Source: Anaeromyxobacteraceae bacterium
GTDB taxonomy: Bacteria > Myxococcota > Myxococcia > Myxococcales > Anaeromyxobacteraceae
Reading direction: 5' to 3'
Length of the DNA: 64,000 nucleotides
Assembly (NCBI GenBank): GCA_047602405.1
Contig: JASGHJ010000002.1
Coordinates: 3,200,001-3,264,000 of the forward strand
Below the pieces are notes generated by a model, which was not told the DNA's origin, did not search any database, and saw only the letters and a program-made list of their open reading frames with translations. Of the stretch, positions 39,937 through 49,908 are shown in pieces. Position 1 is the stretch's first letter. Each line of letters begins with the position of its first letter. The position numbers and the translations under genes were made by a program.

Positions 39937-40814
39937 CGCTCGGCTGCGCGGCCGCGCTCGCCCTCGCGGCGATCCCCGTGACCCGCGTGGCGGGCGACGG
40001 GGAGGCCGCGAAGGGTGCGGTGTTCCTGCGCGAGGGTGAATCCGTGACCCTCGCCGAGGAGGGCGCGGCGCGCTGGTCGATCCTCGACCCGGCCCCCGCC
40101 GACTACGACAACGTCACCGCGTGCGGACCCTTCGGCCCCTCCCGTGGGTGCGCGGCGCCGATCCGGTACGTGGAGCGCGCCCTGCCGGCCCTCGACGGGC
40201 GGGCGCGCGTCGACACCTCCGACGTCGCCGAGCTCGGCACGCCGGGCACGCACCTCCTCCTCGCGCGCGGCGTGCACGACACCGGCCCGGCGACGCCCAC
40301 CGACGCGGTGCAGGTCGTCGTGCGCCGGGACGACGGGTACGTCGGGCGGCTGACCGAGCTCCTCGGCGTCCCCTTCGTGCTCGGCCCGGCGCGGCTCCCG
40401 GACATCGGCCACCAGACCGACGCGCGGCTCGGGGCGGACTGCGTCGCGCTCGTCGTCTACGGGCGCCGGCGGCTCGGCGAGCCGGTGCCGTACGCGGCGC
40501 CCGCGCGGCTCCACGGGTGGCTGACGAAGGTGACCGCCGCACCGGCGCTCGTGTGTCCGGACGGGAGCTTCGCGGAGCTCGCCGGCGTCCGGGAGGGCGA
40601 CGTGCTGCACTTCGGGTTCCAGACCGCGGTCGTCTCGCGCGACCGCCCTCCCCTGGGGATCCTCGACCCGGGCGATCTCGTCATCCACACCTACCATCGC
40701 CTCGCCGAGGAGCGCCCGGTGGGCGCGCTCCCTTACGCCCGGCACCCCGTCGAGGTCCTGCGCTGGCCCGGCGTCACGAACGCGCGGGCCACCGCTCTCC
40801 AGGAGTCACCATGA
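39933..40814 (+). CDS. Hypothetical secreted protein with NlpC/P60-like motif
   Basis: GVPFVLG...GADCVAL, GDVLHF; GTGA overlap. Confidence 0.55.
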   Translation: MTLGCAAALALAAIPVTRVAGDGEAAKGAVFLREGESVTLAEEGAARWSILDPAPADYDNVTACGPFGPSRGCAAPIRYVERALPALDGRARVDTSDVAELGTPGTHLLLARGVHDTGPATPTDAVQVVVRRDDGYVGRLTELLGVPFVLGPARLPDIGHQTDARLGADCVALVVYGRRRLGEPVPYAAPARLHGWLTKVTAAPALVCPDGSFAELAGVREGDVLHFGFQTAVVSRDRPPLGILDPGDLVIHTYHRLAEERPVGALPYARHPVEVLRWPGVTNARATALQESP

Positions 40815-41761
40815 CCTTCGCCCTCCTCGCCGCGCTGCTCGCCGCCGCCCCGGCCCCGACGAAGGACCCGCTCGCCGGGCTCGATGCGCGCCTCCGGCGC
40901 GGCGAGTGGGACGCGCTGCGCGCCGGGCTCGAGCAGGCTGCCGAGGGCGCCACCGGCCCGCGTCGGGCGGCGCTCCTCCTCGCGCTCGGACGGACCGCGC
41001 AGGAGTCGAGCGCCTACCACCGGTACGATCCACAGGGCGCGGAGGCGGCGGTGATGCGCGCGGTCGACGCGGCCCGCACCGGGGGCGACGCGGCCGTCCG
41101 GGCACGGGCGCGGCTCCTCGAGGGGAAGCTCCGCTACTGGCAGGGCTTCGGGGATCCGCCGCGCTGGGACGAGGCCCGCCGGATCCTCGAGGACGCGCGC
41201 CAGCAGCTCGTCGAGGTGAAGGCCGCGGCGCCCGCCGCCGAGGCGGCGTTCTACCTCGGGCTCGTCGCGCAGCAGGAGGGGCGCTGGGAGGCGGCGCGCC
41301 CGCTCTTCCAGGACGCGCTCGCCCAGGCGAGGCGGCTCGGCGACGGCTTCCTCGCGTCCTTCCCGGAGCGTCACCTCGCCGATCTCGCCGCCGAGGCGAA
41401 GGACCTCGCGGCCGCGGAGGCCGGACACCGGCGCTGCCTCGCGCTCCGCGAGCAGGCGGGGGCGACGGCGCTCGTGCCGTTCGCCCGGGTGGCGGTCGCA
41501 GAGGTGCTCACGCTCCGCGGCCGGCGCGCGGAGGCGATGACCGAGCTCCGCCGGGCGGCGGACGAGGCCCACCGGCGCGGCACGGCGCCGGCGGAGGCGG
41601 CGGCGCTCCTCGCGCTCTCGAGGCTCTCCGCGGAGGGCGGGGACGCGAAGGGGGCCGCGGCCGCCGGGCTGCAGGCGCTCGCGGCGGCGCGCGCCTACGG
41701 CGACCCGGAGCTCGTCGCGGAGGCGGAGCGGGCGGCCGGGGCGGCCGGCGGGGCGCGCTGA
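40811..41761 (+). CDS. Secreted TPR-like helical repeat protein
   Basis: AGGAG RBS, signal peptide, AAFYLGLVAQQEGRWEAARPLFQDAL. Confidence 0.75.
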   Translation: MTFALLAALLAAAPAPTKDPLAGLDARLRRGEWDALRAGLEQAAEGATGPRRAALLLALGRTAQESSAYHRYDPQGAEAAVMRAVDAARTGGDAAVRARARLLEGKLRYWQGFGDPPRWDEARRILEDARQQLVEVKAAAPAAEAAFYLGLVAQQEGRWEAARPLFQDALAQARRLGDGFLASFPERHLADLAAEAKDLAAAEAGHRRCLALREQAGATALVPFARVAVAEVLTLRGRRAEAMTELRRAADEAHRRGTAPAEAAALLALSRLSAEGGDAKGAAAAGLQALAAARAYGDPELVAEAERAAGAAGGAR

Positions 41762-41776
41762 CGACCGCCCCGGTGC

Positions 41777-43321
41777 TCAGGGCCGGTCGGCGACCCGCGC
41801 GAAGGTGTACTCGAGGGGGTCGATGAACGGCAGCACCCGCGTGCGGAACGCGCGCGCCCGCCCGTCGGCGCCGATCTCGAACGCGACCGGGCTCACCTTG
41901 AACGCCAGCATCCGCCAGGGCGCCTCGAAGACGTCGTTGCCCCAGGGCTCGAGCGTGGCGGCGAGCCCGGGGTGCCAGGGCATCTCGAGGCGGAGCTTCC
42001 CGTCCACGACCGCCACGGCGGCCTCGCCGAGGAGCGCGTTCGCGTAGCGGCCCGCGTACCGCTCGGGCGGGAGCGGCGGGCGGGCGTCCTTCTCGCGCGG
42101 CGGCATCATCGCCGCCTCGGCGTCCTCCTCCGCCTCCTTCACCGCGGCGGCCATCCAGGTCCGGCTCCGCGCGGCGCGCGCCTTCGCGTCGCCGCCGCCG
42201 AGGGCGCGGTCGAGCACGGTCTCGACGGCGAGCTCGTAGAAGCCGGTCTCCGAGTTCGTCAGCACCGCGACGCCGAGGCGCTCGGACGGGATCGTCGCGA
42301 CCGCCGAGAACATCCCGTCCACCGCGCCGGAGTGCTCGACGACGAGCCGGCCCCGCGCGGCGCGCAGCATGAGCCCGAGCCCGGCCGCGCGCAGCGTCGT
42401 GCCCGGGAAGCGCGCGAGGTACGCCGGCGTGAGCCGCTGCGGCGTCGCCGCCGAGCGCATCTCGGCGAGCGCCTGCGCGGGGAGGATGCGCTTCCCGTCG
42501 AGCTCGCCGTCCGCGAGCTGCGTGCGCAGCCACCGGCCGAGGTCGCCCGCGGTCGAGTAGATCGCCGCCGCGGGCGCGTAGGCGCCGAGGCGGGTGTGCG
42601 GGATGGGCCGCCAGGCGCCGCGGAGGAAGGAGTGGGGCGTCGCGAGGTCGACGCCCGGGCCGGGCTCCGGCGGGCCGACGGTGGTGCGGGTCATGCCCAT
42701 CGGCCCGAGGAGCCGCTCCTGGAGCGCGTCCGCCCAGGGCTTCCCGCCCCGCGCCCCGACGACGAGCGCCGCCGCGGTGAACGGCCAGTTGTTGTAGCCG
42801 TACGTGCGGTAGCCGTCCGGCCGGGGCGCGAGGAACTGGATCCGGCGGAGCACCTCGCGCGCGTCGTAGGACGAGCCCCAGGCGACGACGTCCCCCGCCC
42901 AGCGCTCGTAGCCGAGCCGGTGCGAGAGCGCGTCGCGCAGCGTCGCGTGCCGGGTCACCCACGGATCCTCGAGCGCGAAGCCGGGCAACAGCTCCGCGAG
43001 GCGATCGTCGAGCGAGAGCTTCCCCTCGGCGGCGAGCGCGGCGGCGAGCGCGGCGGTGAAGGCCTTCGTGTTCGAGCCGATCGCGAACCGGGTGTCCCGC
43101 CCGACGCGCTCCGGCCGCCCGAGCTCCTTCACGCCGAGGCCGGTCGCGAGCACGACCTCGTCGTCCTTCACGACCACGACGGCCACGCCCGGGACGTGCC
43201 ACTCGGCCCGGTAGCGGTCGAGCTCGTCGGCGAGCCCGGCGACCCACGGCGGCGCCGCCGCGAGCGCGAGGGCGGGCAGGAGCGCGAGGAGCAGGGCGGC
43301 GAGGGCCGGGCGGAGGCGCAT
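41777..43321 (-). CDS. Beta-lactamase-family serine hydrolase with DUF3471-like C-terminus
   Basis: IGSNTK, YNN, HSG, YAGRYAN. Confidence 0.88.
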   Translation of the reverse strand: MRLRPALAALLLALLPALALAAAPPWVAGLADELDRYRAEWHVPGVAVVVVKDDEVVLATGLGVKELGRPERVGRDTRFAIGSNTKAFTAALAAALAAEGKLSLDDRLAELLPGFALEDPWVTRHATLRDALSHRLGYERWAGDVVAWGSSYDAREVLRRIQFLAPRPDGYRTYGYNNWPFTAAALVVGARGGKPWADALQERLLGPMGMTRTTVGPPEPGPGVDLATPHSFLRGAWRPIPHTRLGAYAPAAAIYSTAGDLGRWLRTQLADGELDGKRILPAQALAEMRSAATPQRLTPAYLARFPGTTLRAAGLGLMLRAARGRLVVEHSGAVDGMFSAVATIPSERLGVAVLTNSETGFYELAVETVLDRALGGGDAKARAARSRTWMAAAVKEAEEDAEAAMMPPREKDARPPLPPERYAGRYANALLGEAAVAVVDGKLRLEMPWHPGLAATLEPWGNDVFEAPWRMLAFKVSPVAFEIGADGRARAFRTRVLPFIDPLEYTFARVADRP

Positions 43322-43373
43322 GGGCGCGCACGTTAGCCTCGATCGGCCGCCGCGCGAAGCGGGGAGCGGCGGT

Positions 43374-45716
43374 TCAGCCCCGCCGCTCGGGAGCGTCCCC
43401 GCCGACGAGGCCGGGCAGGCTCGGCACCGCCCTGCCGCGTCCGAGCGCCGGGTGCCGCCCGACGAGCGCGCGCACCGCGCCGAGGTCCCCGACGCGGGAG
43501 AGGTGCACGAGCGCGTACCGGGCGACGGCGAGGTCCGCCGGGGCCGAGGCCACGAACGCGCGCACGAGCGGGGTGAGGGCGGCGGTGCCGTGCAGGTACG
43601 CCGCGAGCTCGAAGGTCCGCGCGTAGGCCTGCAGCGCCTCCCCGCCGCGCCCGAGCCCGGCGAGGCACCGCGCCCGCTCGAACTGGGCGAACGGCGCCGC
43701 CTCGGGCAGGTGCGCCACGAGCCACCCGGCGTCCTCCACGCAGCCCTCGAGGTCGCCCCAGCGGGCGCGGGCCCGCGCGAGCGCCCAGCGCGCGCTCGCG
43801 CCGTCGTGGAGCCGCAGGAGCTGCGCCCGGTGCGTCTCGCTCCCCGCGGCGGCCGCGCGGGCGAGCCCGTCGAGCGTGCCGGGGCGCCGCGCGAGCGAGC
43901 GTTCGACGCGCGCCCGGGCCTCCTCCCGGCGTCCGAGCGCGACGAGGCAGTCCGCGGCCAGGAGGTCGGGGTCGAGCGCCGCGTCGTCGAGCGAGGCGGC
44001 GAACCCGGCGGCCGCCGCGCGGTCGGCGAGGGGCAAGGCCGCCTCGTACCGCCCCGCCGCCACCTCGAGCACCGCGAGCAGGTACGCGTCGACGGGATCG
44101 CCGGCGCCGAAGCGCGCCCGCGCGCGCTCCGCGGCCCGCGCGGCCTCCGCCGGCTCGTCCACGCCGAGCGCCCATCCGCGCGGCGAGGTCGGCCAGACGT
44201 GGTCCGGGAACGCGGCCTGCTCGTCGGCGAGTGCCGCCTGCGCCTCCAGGAACCGGCCGGCCCGGCGGAGCTCGGGGACCGCGGAGCGGACGGGCAGCGC
44301 CGCGAGCCGCTCCGCCAGGCGGTCCTCCTGGCGAACCCCGGGGAGCCGCGCCAGCGCGAGCGGCGCCGCCCCGAAGAGCGCGAGCGCCAGGGCGCCGGCG
44401 AGCGGCCGGGCCCGGCCCCCCTCCGCGCGCACCGCCCGGCGCAGCCCCGCCGCCACGGTGGCGAGGCCGACCGCGGCGAGGGCGCACCAGGCGGGGAGCA
44501 CCGCGAGCGCGTAGCGCGTCTGGAAGTAGGTGGCCGCGAAGGCGAGCTCGGCGGCGACGACCCACGCCACGAGGAGCCCGATGCGCCGGCGCGCCGCCAG
44601 CGCCACCGCGAGCCCGCCGAGGCCGAGGAGGACGATCCACCGCCCCGGCACGCCGCGCGCCCGGCCCGCAGCGGCCGCGCGCACCTCCGGCACGTCGCTG
44701 TCGTCGCCGCGGGCGGCGACCGAGGCGAGCAGCGTCCGCCCCAGGCCGCGGAGGAACGCCGCCGGCTCCTCCCGCGCGAACGCGAGCCCCTTCTCGAGCC
44801 AGTAGCGGTCGGCCTGGACGGGCGAGAGCGGGCCGGCGCCGGTGTCGGCGGCGGCGAAGCGGCGGAAGAGCCCGTGCGCCGCGTCGGGCGGGTGGTCCGG
44901 GCGGCCCAGCGCCTCGGCCTCGACGAGCTTCAGGAGCGTCGGGTAGCGGCCGCCGAAGCCGGTGCCCTCCGGGCGGTGGCCCATGAAGAAGACGGGACCC
45001 CAGCTCATCGTGGCGGTGACGGGCTGGCGCACGAGGAGGTGGAGCGCCGCCGGGGGCGCGGCGGCGGCGAGGGCGAGCGCCCCGGCGAGCGCGAGCGGCG
45101 CGCGCACGCGGGATCCGGACGGCCGTTCGTCCCGAGCGTGGGACCGCGAAGCGGGCCGAAGTCGAGGGACGCCCCGGGCGGCGAGCCAGGCCGCCGCGGC
45201 GAGCCCCACGGCGAGCCCGGTCGGACGGAGCGCCGCGGAGAGGCCGAGCAGCGCGCCCGCCGCCACGACGCGCCGGGGCCCGGGGCGTCCCGCGAGGAGG
45301 AGCGCCGCCGCGCACGCGTGGAGCGCTCCGATGAACAGGTCCGGCTCGAGGACCGCGGCGTGCAGGAGCCACGGCTGCGCGAACGCGAGCAGCCCCGCCG
45401 CCACGAGGCCGGCGGAGGGGCCGGCGGCCGCCCGCGCCACGGCGAAGACCGCGACCACGCTCACGCCGGCGGCGAGCGCCTGGCCGACCCGGGCGATGCC
45501 CGGCTCGACGAGGAGGTGCAGCAGGAGGTAGAGCGGGCTCGCGTCGGCCGCCTGCTCCGGCGAGAGCACCCCGGCCACGAGCCCGCTGGCCAGGTTCGGG
45601 TACTTCGCGAAGAGCCACGCGGGGTGGGCGAGGAGCGACGCCGCGGTGCTGGCGATGGCGAGCGCGAGGACGGCGGCGCCGGTGCGCCGCGCGGGGAGGA
45701 GGAACTCCGGGTCCAT
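43374..45716 (-). CDS. Integral-membrane glycosyltransferase-like (GT-C/ArnT-like) protein with C-terminal TPR-like region
   Basis: SPLY, many TM segments, LRP, QTRY, helical repeats. Confidence 0.6.
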   Translation of the reverse strand: MDPEFLLPARRTGAAVLALAIASTAASLLAHPAWLFAKYPNLASGLVAGVLSPEQAADASPLYLLLHLLVEPGIARVGQALAAGVSVVAVFAVARAAAGPSAGLVAAGLLAFAQPWLLHAAVLEPDLFIGALHACAAALLLAGRPGPRRVVAAGALLGLSAALRPTGLAVGLAAAAWLAARGVPRLRPASRSHARDERPSGSRVRAPLALAGALALAAAAPPAALHLLVRQPVTATMSWGPVFFMGHRPEGTGFGGRYPTLLKLVEAEALGRPDHPPDAAHGLFRRFAAADTGAGPLSPVQADRYWLEKGLAFAREEPAAFLRGLGRTLLASVAARGDDSDVPEVRAAAAGRARGVPGRWIVLLGLGGLAVALAARRRIGLLVAWVVAAELAFAATYFQTRYALAVLPAWCALAAVGLATVAAGLRRAVRAEGGRARPLAGALALALFGAAPLALARLPGVRQEDRLAERLAALPVRSAVPELRRAGRFLEAQAALADEQAAFPDHVWPTSPRGWALGVDEPAEAARAAERARARFGAGDPVDAYLLAVLEVAAGRYEAALPLADRAAAAGFAASLDDAALDPDLLAADCLVALGRREEARARVERSLARRPGTLDGLARAAAAGSETHRAQLLRLHDGASARWALARARARWGDLEGCVEDAGWLVAHLPEAAPFAQFERARCLAGLGRGGEALQAYARTFELAAYLHGTAALTPLVRAFVASAPADLAVARYALVHLSRVGDLGAVRALVGRHPALGRGRAVPSLPGLVGGDAPERRG

Positions 45717-45969
45717 GTCCGACGGCCTGGGCACCCCTGGACGAGGACGCGAGGCCCGAAGCGTGACGCGTCCACGCGGGACGTCATCGTCGCGTCCCGA
45801 AGGAATCGACTGGGCGAGTAGGGGCTCGGGGCCGGGCGCGCCCCATAAGGCCGGCGGCCGTCCGCCGGGCGCGCGACGCGGCGAGCACCCGCCCTGCGCG
45901 CGTGCGGAGCGTCCGCGAACCCGCGTGGGCGCGAGCGATCGCGCGCGCGTCCCTCTATGCTAGCCGTGC

Positions 45970-46335
45970 GTGCTGGCCGATGGCTCCATCCTCGTCGTCG
46001 ACGACGACACCGACCTGCGGGAGACCGTGGGCGAGCTGCTCGTGGAGGAGGGCTGGCACCCGCGCCTCTGCGAGAACGGGCGCGAGGCGCTCGACGCGCT
46101 GCGCGGCGGCGAGCGGCCGCGGCTCATCCTCCTCGACCTCATGATGCCGGAGATGAACGGCTGGCAGTTCCGCGAGGAGCAGCTCAAGGACGAGGGGCTC
46201 TCCGACATCCCGGTGGTCGTGATGACGGCGAGCCGCGGGGTCGACGCGCAGCCGCCCATCGCCGCGAGCGAGGTGCTGTTCAAGCCGATCGGGCTCGACG
46301 AGCTCATCGACGCGGTCGCGCGCAACGCGCGGTAG
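45970..46335 (+). CDS. Single-domain response regulator
   Basis: VVDDD, LLDLMMP, MTA, KP. Confidence 0.9.
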   Translation: MLADGSILVVDDDTDLRETVGELLVEEGWHPRLCENGREALDALRGGERPRLILLDLMMPEMNGWQFREEQLKDEGLSDIPVVVMTASRGVDAQPPIAASEVLFKPIGLDELIDAVARNAR

Positions 46336-46391
46336 CCCCTCGCCGACGGCGGCCCTCCCCCGCCGCGCCGCGTGCTAGAACCGCGGCGCGC

Positions 46392-47177
46392 GTGATCGAC
46401 CCCTCGCTCCCCACCATCGCCGCGCTCACCGCCGTCGCCCTCGGCGCCGGGACCATCGACGCCATTGCGGGCGGCGGCGGGCTCCTCACCCTCCCCGCGC
46501 TGCTGTGGGCCGGGCTCCCGCCGCACCTCGCGCTCGGCACGAACAAGGGCCAGTCGGTCTTCGGCTCGTTCGCGTCCCTGACCCGCTACGCGCGCGGCGG
46601 CCTCGTCGCCCGCGACCGCGCGCTCCTCGGGTTCCCGGCCGGGCTCGCGGGCTCGCTCGCCGGCGCGGCGCTCGTGCTCGCGGTTCCCCCGGCGTCGCTG
46701 CGGCCGGTGGTGATCGTCCTCCTCGCCGGCGCGGCGCTCTTCATCGGGCTGCGCGCGCGCGGCGGGGCCGCGGCCGCGCCCGCCGGCGGGCCTCCGGCGC
46801 TCACGGCGCGCGCGGCGGCCGTGCGCACGCTCCTGCTCGCGCTCGGCGTCGGCGCCTACGACGGCTTCTTCGGCCCGGGCACGGGCACCTTCCTCATCGT
46901 CGGCTTCGTGGCGCTCCTCGGCGACGGTCCGGCCCGCGCCTCGGCCGAGGCGAAGGTGGTGAACTTCGCCTCCAACCTCGCCGCGGTGTCGCTCTTCGCG
47001 GCGCGGGGCGTCGTGGTCTGGAAGGTGGCGCTGCCCATGGCCGCGGGGCAGCTCGCCGGCGGCTGGCTGGGCGCCCACCTCGCTTTGCGGCGCGGCGACG
47101 CCCTCGTGCGCCGGGCGGTGGTGGCCACCGCGCTGGCGGTGGCGGCGAAGCTCGCCTGGGATACGTGGTCTCATTGA
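46392..47177 (+). CDS. TSUP (TauE/SafE, YfcA-like) transporter
   Basis: IDAIAGGGGL, GTNK, YDGFFGPGTG, NFASN. Confidence 0.9.
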   Translation: MIDPSLPTIAALTAVALGAGTIDAIAGGGGLLTLPALLWAGLPPHLALGTNKGQSVFGSFASLTRYARGGLVARDRALLGFPAGLAGSLAGAALVLAVPPASLRPVVIVLLAGAALFIGLRARGGAAAAPAGGPPALTARAAAVRTLLLALGVGAYDGFFGPGTGTFLIVGFVALLGDGPARASAEAKVVNFASNLAAVSLFAARGVVVWKVALPMAAGQLAGGWLGAHLALRRGDALVRRAVVATALAVAAKLAWDTWSH

Positions 47178-47254
47178 CGCACCCGCGGCCGGCGGCTCGC
47201 CCCGCGCGGAACCTCTGCTAGACTCCGCCGCACTTTTCGACCGGGGGGAGCTCC

Positions 47255-48532
47255 ATGGCACGTTTCTCGACCGCAGCCGAGGCGGTCTCCGTCATCAAGT
47301 CCGGCGACCGGGTGTTCGTCCACGGGGTCGCGGCGAGCCCGCGGGTGCTGCTCGAGGCCATGGCGGCCCGCGCGAAGGAGCTCAAGGTGGTGGAGGTGCT
47401 GAGCCTCTGCCAGGTGGGCCCCGCCCGCTACGCCGACGCGGACCTCTCCGAGAGCTTCCGGGTCAACACGCTCTTCGTGGGCCCCTCGATCCGCAAGTCG
47501 GTCGACGAGCAGCGCGGCGACTACGTGCCGGTGTTCCTCTCCGAGATCCCGCGGCTCTTCCGCCAGGGCATCCTGCCGGTCGACGTGGCGCTCGTGCACG
47601 TCTCGCCGCCGGACAAGCACGGCTACTGCTCGCTCGGCATCAGCGTGGACTGCTCGCTCGCCGCGGTGCAGACCGCCCGCACCGTCATCGCGCAGGTGAA
47701 CCCGCGGATGGCGCGGACGCACGGCGACGGGCTCATCCACGTCGACGAGATCGACGACCTCGTGGAGGTCGACGAGCCCCTGATCGAGCTGCCGAAGTCG
47801 CCGCTCTCCGACGAGGAGCGCGCCATCGGCCGGCACTGCGCGGAGCTCGTCGACGACGGCGCCACCATCCAGGCCGGCATCGGCGCCATCCCCGACGCCA
47901 CGCTCCTCGCCCTCTCCGACCACAAGCGCCTCGGCATCCACACCGAGATGCTCTCCGACGCGGTGGTGGACCTCGTCGAGAAGGGCGTCGTGACCGGCGA
48001 GGCGAAGAAGGTCGACACCGGCAAGGTCGTCGCCACCTTCGCGTTCGGCACGAAGCGGCTCTACGACTTCATGGACGACAACCCGCTCGTGAAGATGCTG
48101 GACGTCGCCTACGTGAACGACACCTCCGTCATCCGGCGGAACCCCAAGGTCACCGCGATCAACAGCGCCATCGAGGTCGACCTCACCGGCCAGGTCTGCG
48201 CGGACTCCATCGGCGAGCGGCTGTTCTCCGGCGTCGGTGGCCAGATGGACTTCATCCGCGGCGCGTCGCTGTCGGAGGGCGGCAAGCCCATCATCGCGCT
48301 CCCCTCGACCACCGGCCGGGGCGAGTCGCGCATCGTGCCGCTCCTCAAGCAGGGCGCCGGCGTCGTCACGACCCGCGCGCACGTCCACTTCGTCGTGACC
48401 GAGCACGGCATCGCCGACCTCTACGGGAAGAACCTGCGCCAGCGCGCGGCGGCGCTCATCGCCATCGCCGCCCCGCAGCACCGCGACGCGCTCGCGGCCG
48501 AGGCGCGGCGCCGGTTCGGGCCGAGCTGGTAG
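47255..48532 (+). CDS. Acetyl-CoA hydrolase/4-hydroxybutyrate CoA-transferase family
   Basis: QAGIGAIP, GIHTEM, SGVGGQMDF, VTEHG. Confidence 0.92.
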   Translation: MARFSTAAEAVSVIKSGDRVFVHGVAASPRVLLEAMAARAKELKVVEVLSLCQVGPARYADADLSESFRVNTLFVGPSIRKSVDEQRGDYVPVFLSEIPRLFRQGILPVDVALVHVSPPDKHGYCSLGISVDCSLAAVQTARTVIAQVNPRMARTHGDGLIHVDEIDDLVEVDEPLIELPKSPLSDEERAIGRHCAELVDDGATIQAGIGAIPDATLLALSDHKRLGIHTEMLSDAVVDLVEKGVVTGEAKKVDTGKVVATFAFGTKRLYDFMDDNPLVKMLDVAYVNDTSVIRRNPKVTAINSAIEVDLTGQVCADSIGERLFSGVGGQMDFIRGASLSEGGKPIIALPSTTGRGESRIVPLLKQGAGVVTTRAHVHFVVTEHGIADLYGKNLRQRAAALIAIAAPQHRDALAAEARRRFGPSW

Positions 48533-48547
48533 CGCGGGCCGCCACGC

Positions 48548-48739
48548 TCAGGAGGAGCGGGGCTCCTCCCCGCTGCCCTCCGGCCGCCCGGCGGGCTCCT
48601 CCCCGGGCGCCTCGCTGGAGCCCTGCACGCCCTCCTCCTCCTCGGTGCCGAAGTAGCCCTCGTCGTAGGGCTCCCGGCGCGGCGGGAGATTGGTGCGAGG
48701 GGCGTCTTCCGGGCGCCCGGTGCGCTTGCGAGTCGGCAT
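48548..48739 (-). CDS. Small acidic hypothetical protein (63 aa)
   Basis: GGAGG RBS before ATG; EPYDEGYFGTEEEEG. Confidence 0.55.
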   Translation of the reverse strand: MPTRKRTGRPEDAPRTNLPPRREPYDEGYFGTEEEEGVQGSSEAPGEEPAGRPEGSGEEPRSS

Positions 48740-48838
48740 GGCGTGTCCTCCGGCACGAACCTCGTCACGCCCGGGCGCGGGGGAACCCCGTGCCCCGCGC
48801 CGCGGTCGGGGGCAACTTGGCCTGGGGGAGGATCGGCC

Positions 48839-49285
48839 ATGGAGCTGGGCGAGCGGACGGGCGCGGCGCAGGCCGCCCGCGCGAGGCAACGCGCGGACGG
48901 GCACGGGCTGCGCGGGGTGGCGACGCGGGACCTCGTGGGAGAGGTGGCCCGGAAGGCCTCCGAGCTCGTGAAGAAGGAGATCGAGCTCGCGAAGGCCGAG
49001 GTGAAGGCCGACGTCCGCGCCGAGGTGCGGATGGCCGCCGGGCTCGGCGTCGCGGCCGTCTGCGCCATCCTGTTCCTCGCGATGCTGCTCGTCGCGGCGG
49101 CGTTCGGCCTCGCCGCCGCCGGCCTGCCGCCCTGGGCGGCCGCGCTGATCGTCGCGGCCGCCGTGGGCGTGGTGGGTGGGGTCGCGGCCGCGTGGGGCTG
49201 GGCGAAGCGGGTCCGCCGGCCACTCGAGACCACCCGGCGCTCGCTCGAGGAGAACGTCCGATGGGCGAAGGAGCGCCTCGCGTGA
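48839..49285 (+). CDS. YqjE/phage-holin-3-6-like membrane protein
   Basis: LVKKEIELAKAEV, two TM segments, TRRSLEENVRW. Confidence 0.85.
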   Translation: MELGERTGAAQAARARQRADGHGLRGVATRDLVGEVARKASELVKKEIELAKAEVKADVRAEVRMAAGLGVAAVCAILFLAMLLVAAAFGLAAAGLPPWAAALIVAAAVGVVGGVAAAWGWAKRVRRPLETTRRSLEENVRWAKERLA

Positions 49286-49740
49286 ACGGCCACGTGGATC
49301 CGGTCCGGCGCGCCGAGGAGGAGGTCGGCTCCCTGCGCCGGGAGCTCGGCGCGCTCGTCGGGGAGCTCGACCGGCGCAGGCGTGAGGCGCTCGACGTGCG
49401 GCTGCAGGTGCAGCGCCACCCGGTGGCGGTCGCCATCGCCGCGGGGGTGGTGGTGGTGCTGCTCGGGGGCCTCGTCGCGGTGGCGGTGCGCCGCCGGCGC
49501 CGGCGGGCGACGATCCCGGGCAAGGCGCGCGAGGTCCGGCGCGCCATGGCGCGGCTCCTCGATCGTCCGGACCGGGTGGCGATGAAGCCGGGCGTGACGG
49601 AGAAGGTGCTCGCCGCGGCGGCGACCGCCGCGGCCGCGGCGCTCGCCCGGCGGCTCGTGCAGCGCACGGTCGCCCCGACGCCACCACCCCGGCCGCGCGC
49701 CCGCCGGGACGGGGCGGCGGCGGGCGCGCCGCTGCACTAG
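49282..49740 (+). CDS. Hypothetical membrane-anchored protein (DUF3618-like)
   Basis: RRELGALVGELDRR, one TM; GTGA overlap. Confidence 0.65.
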   Translation: MNGHVDPVRRAEEEVGSLRRELGALVGELDRRRREALDVRLQVQRHPVAVAIAAGVVVVLLGGLVAVAVRRRRRRATIPGKAREVRRAMARLLDRPDRVAMKPGVTEKVLAAAATAAAAALARRLVQRTVAPTPPPRPRARRDGAAAGAPLH

Positions 49741-49908
49741 GCCCTGCTCCCGCGCGACGGCGCGGCGTGCGGCCCGGGGGTGGCGACGGCGCGGGACCCG
49801 GCGACGCCGGGCGGTGGTCGGGTGATCGCGGGGCCGGGGTACCTTCCCGGGCCGTGGATGTCGACCCTTCCCGCGGGCGGCCGGTCCTGGCCGCGGGAGG
49901 ATACGAAC

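Noticed and set aside
48839..49740. Prophage remnant suggested by holin-family protein
   Set aside because: No other phage genes; the family is common on chromosomes
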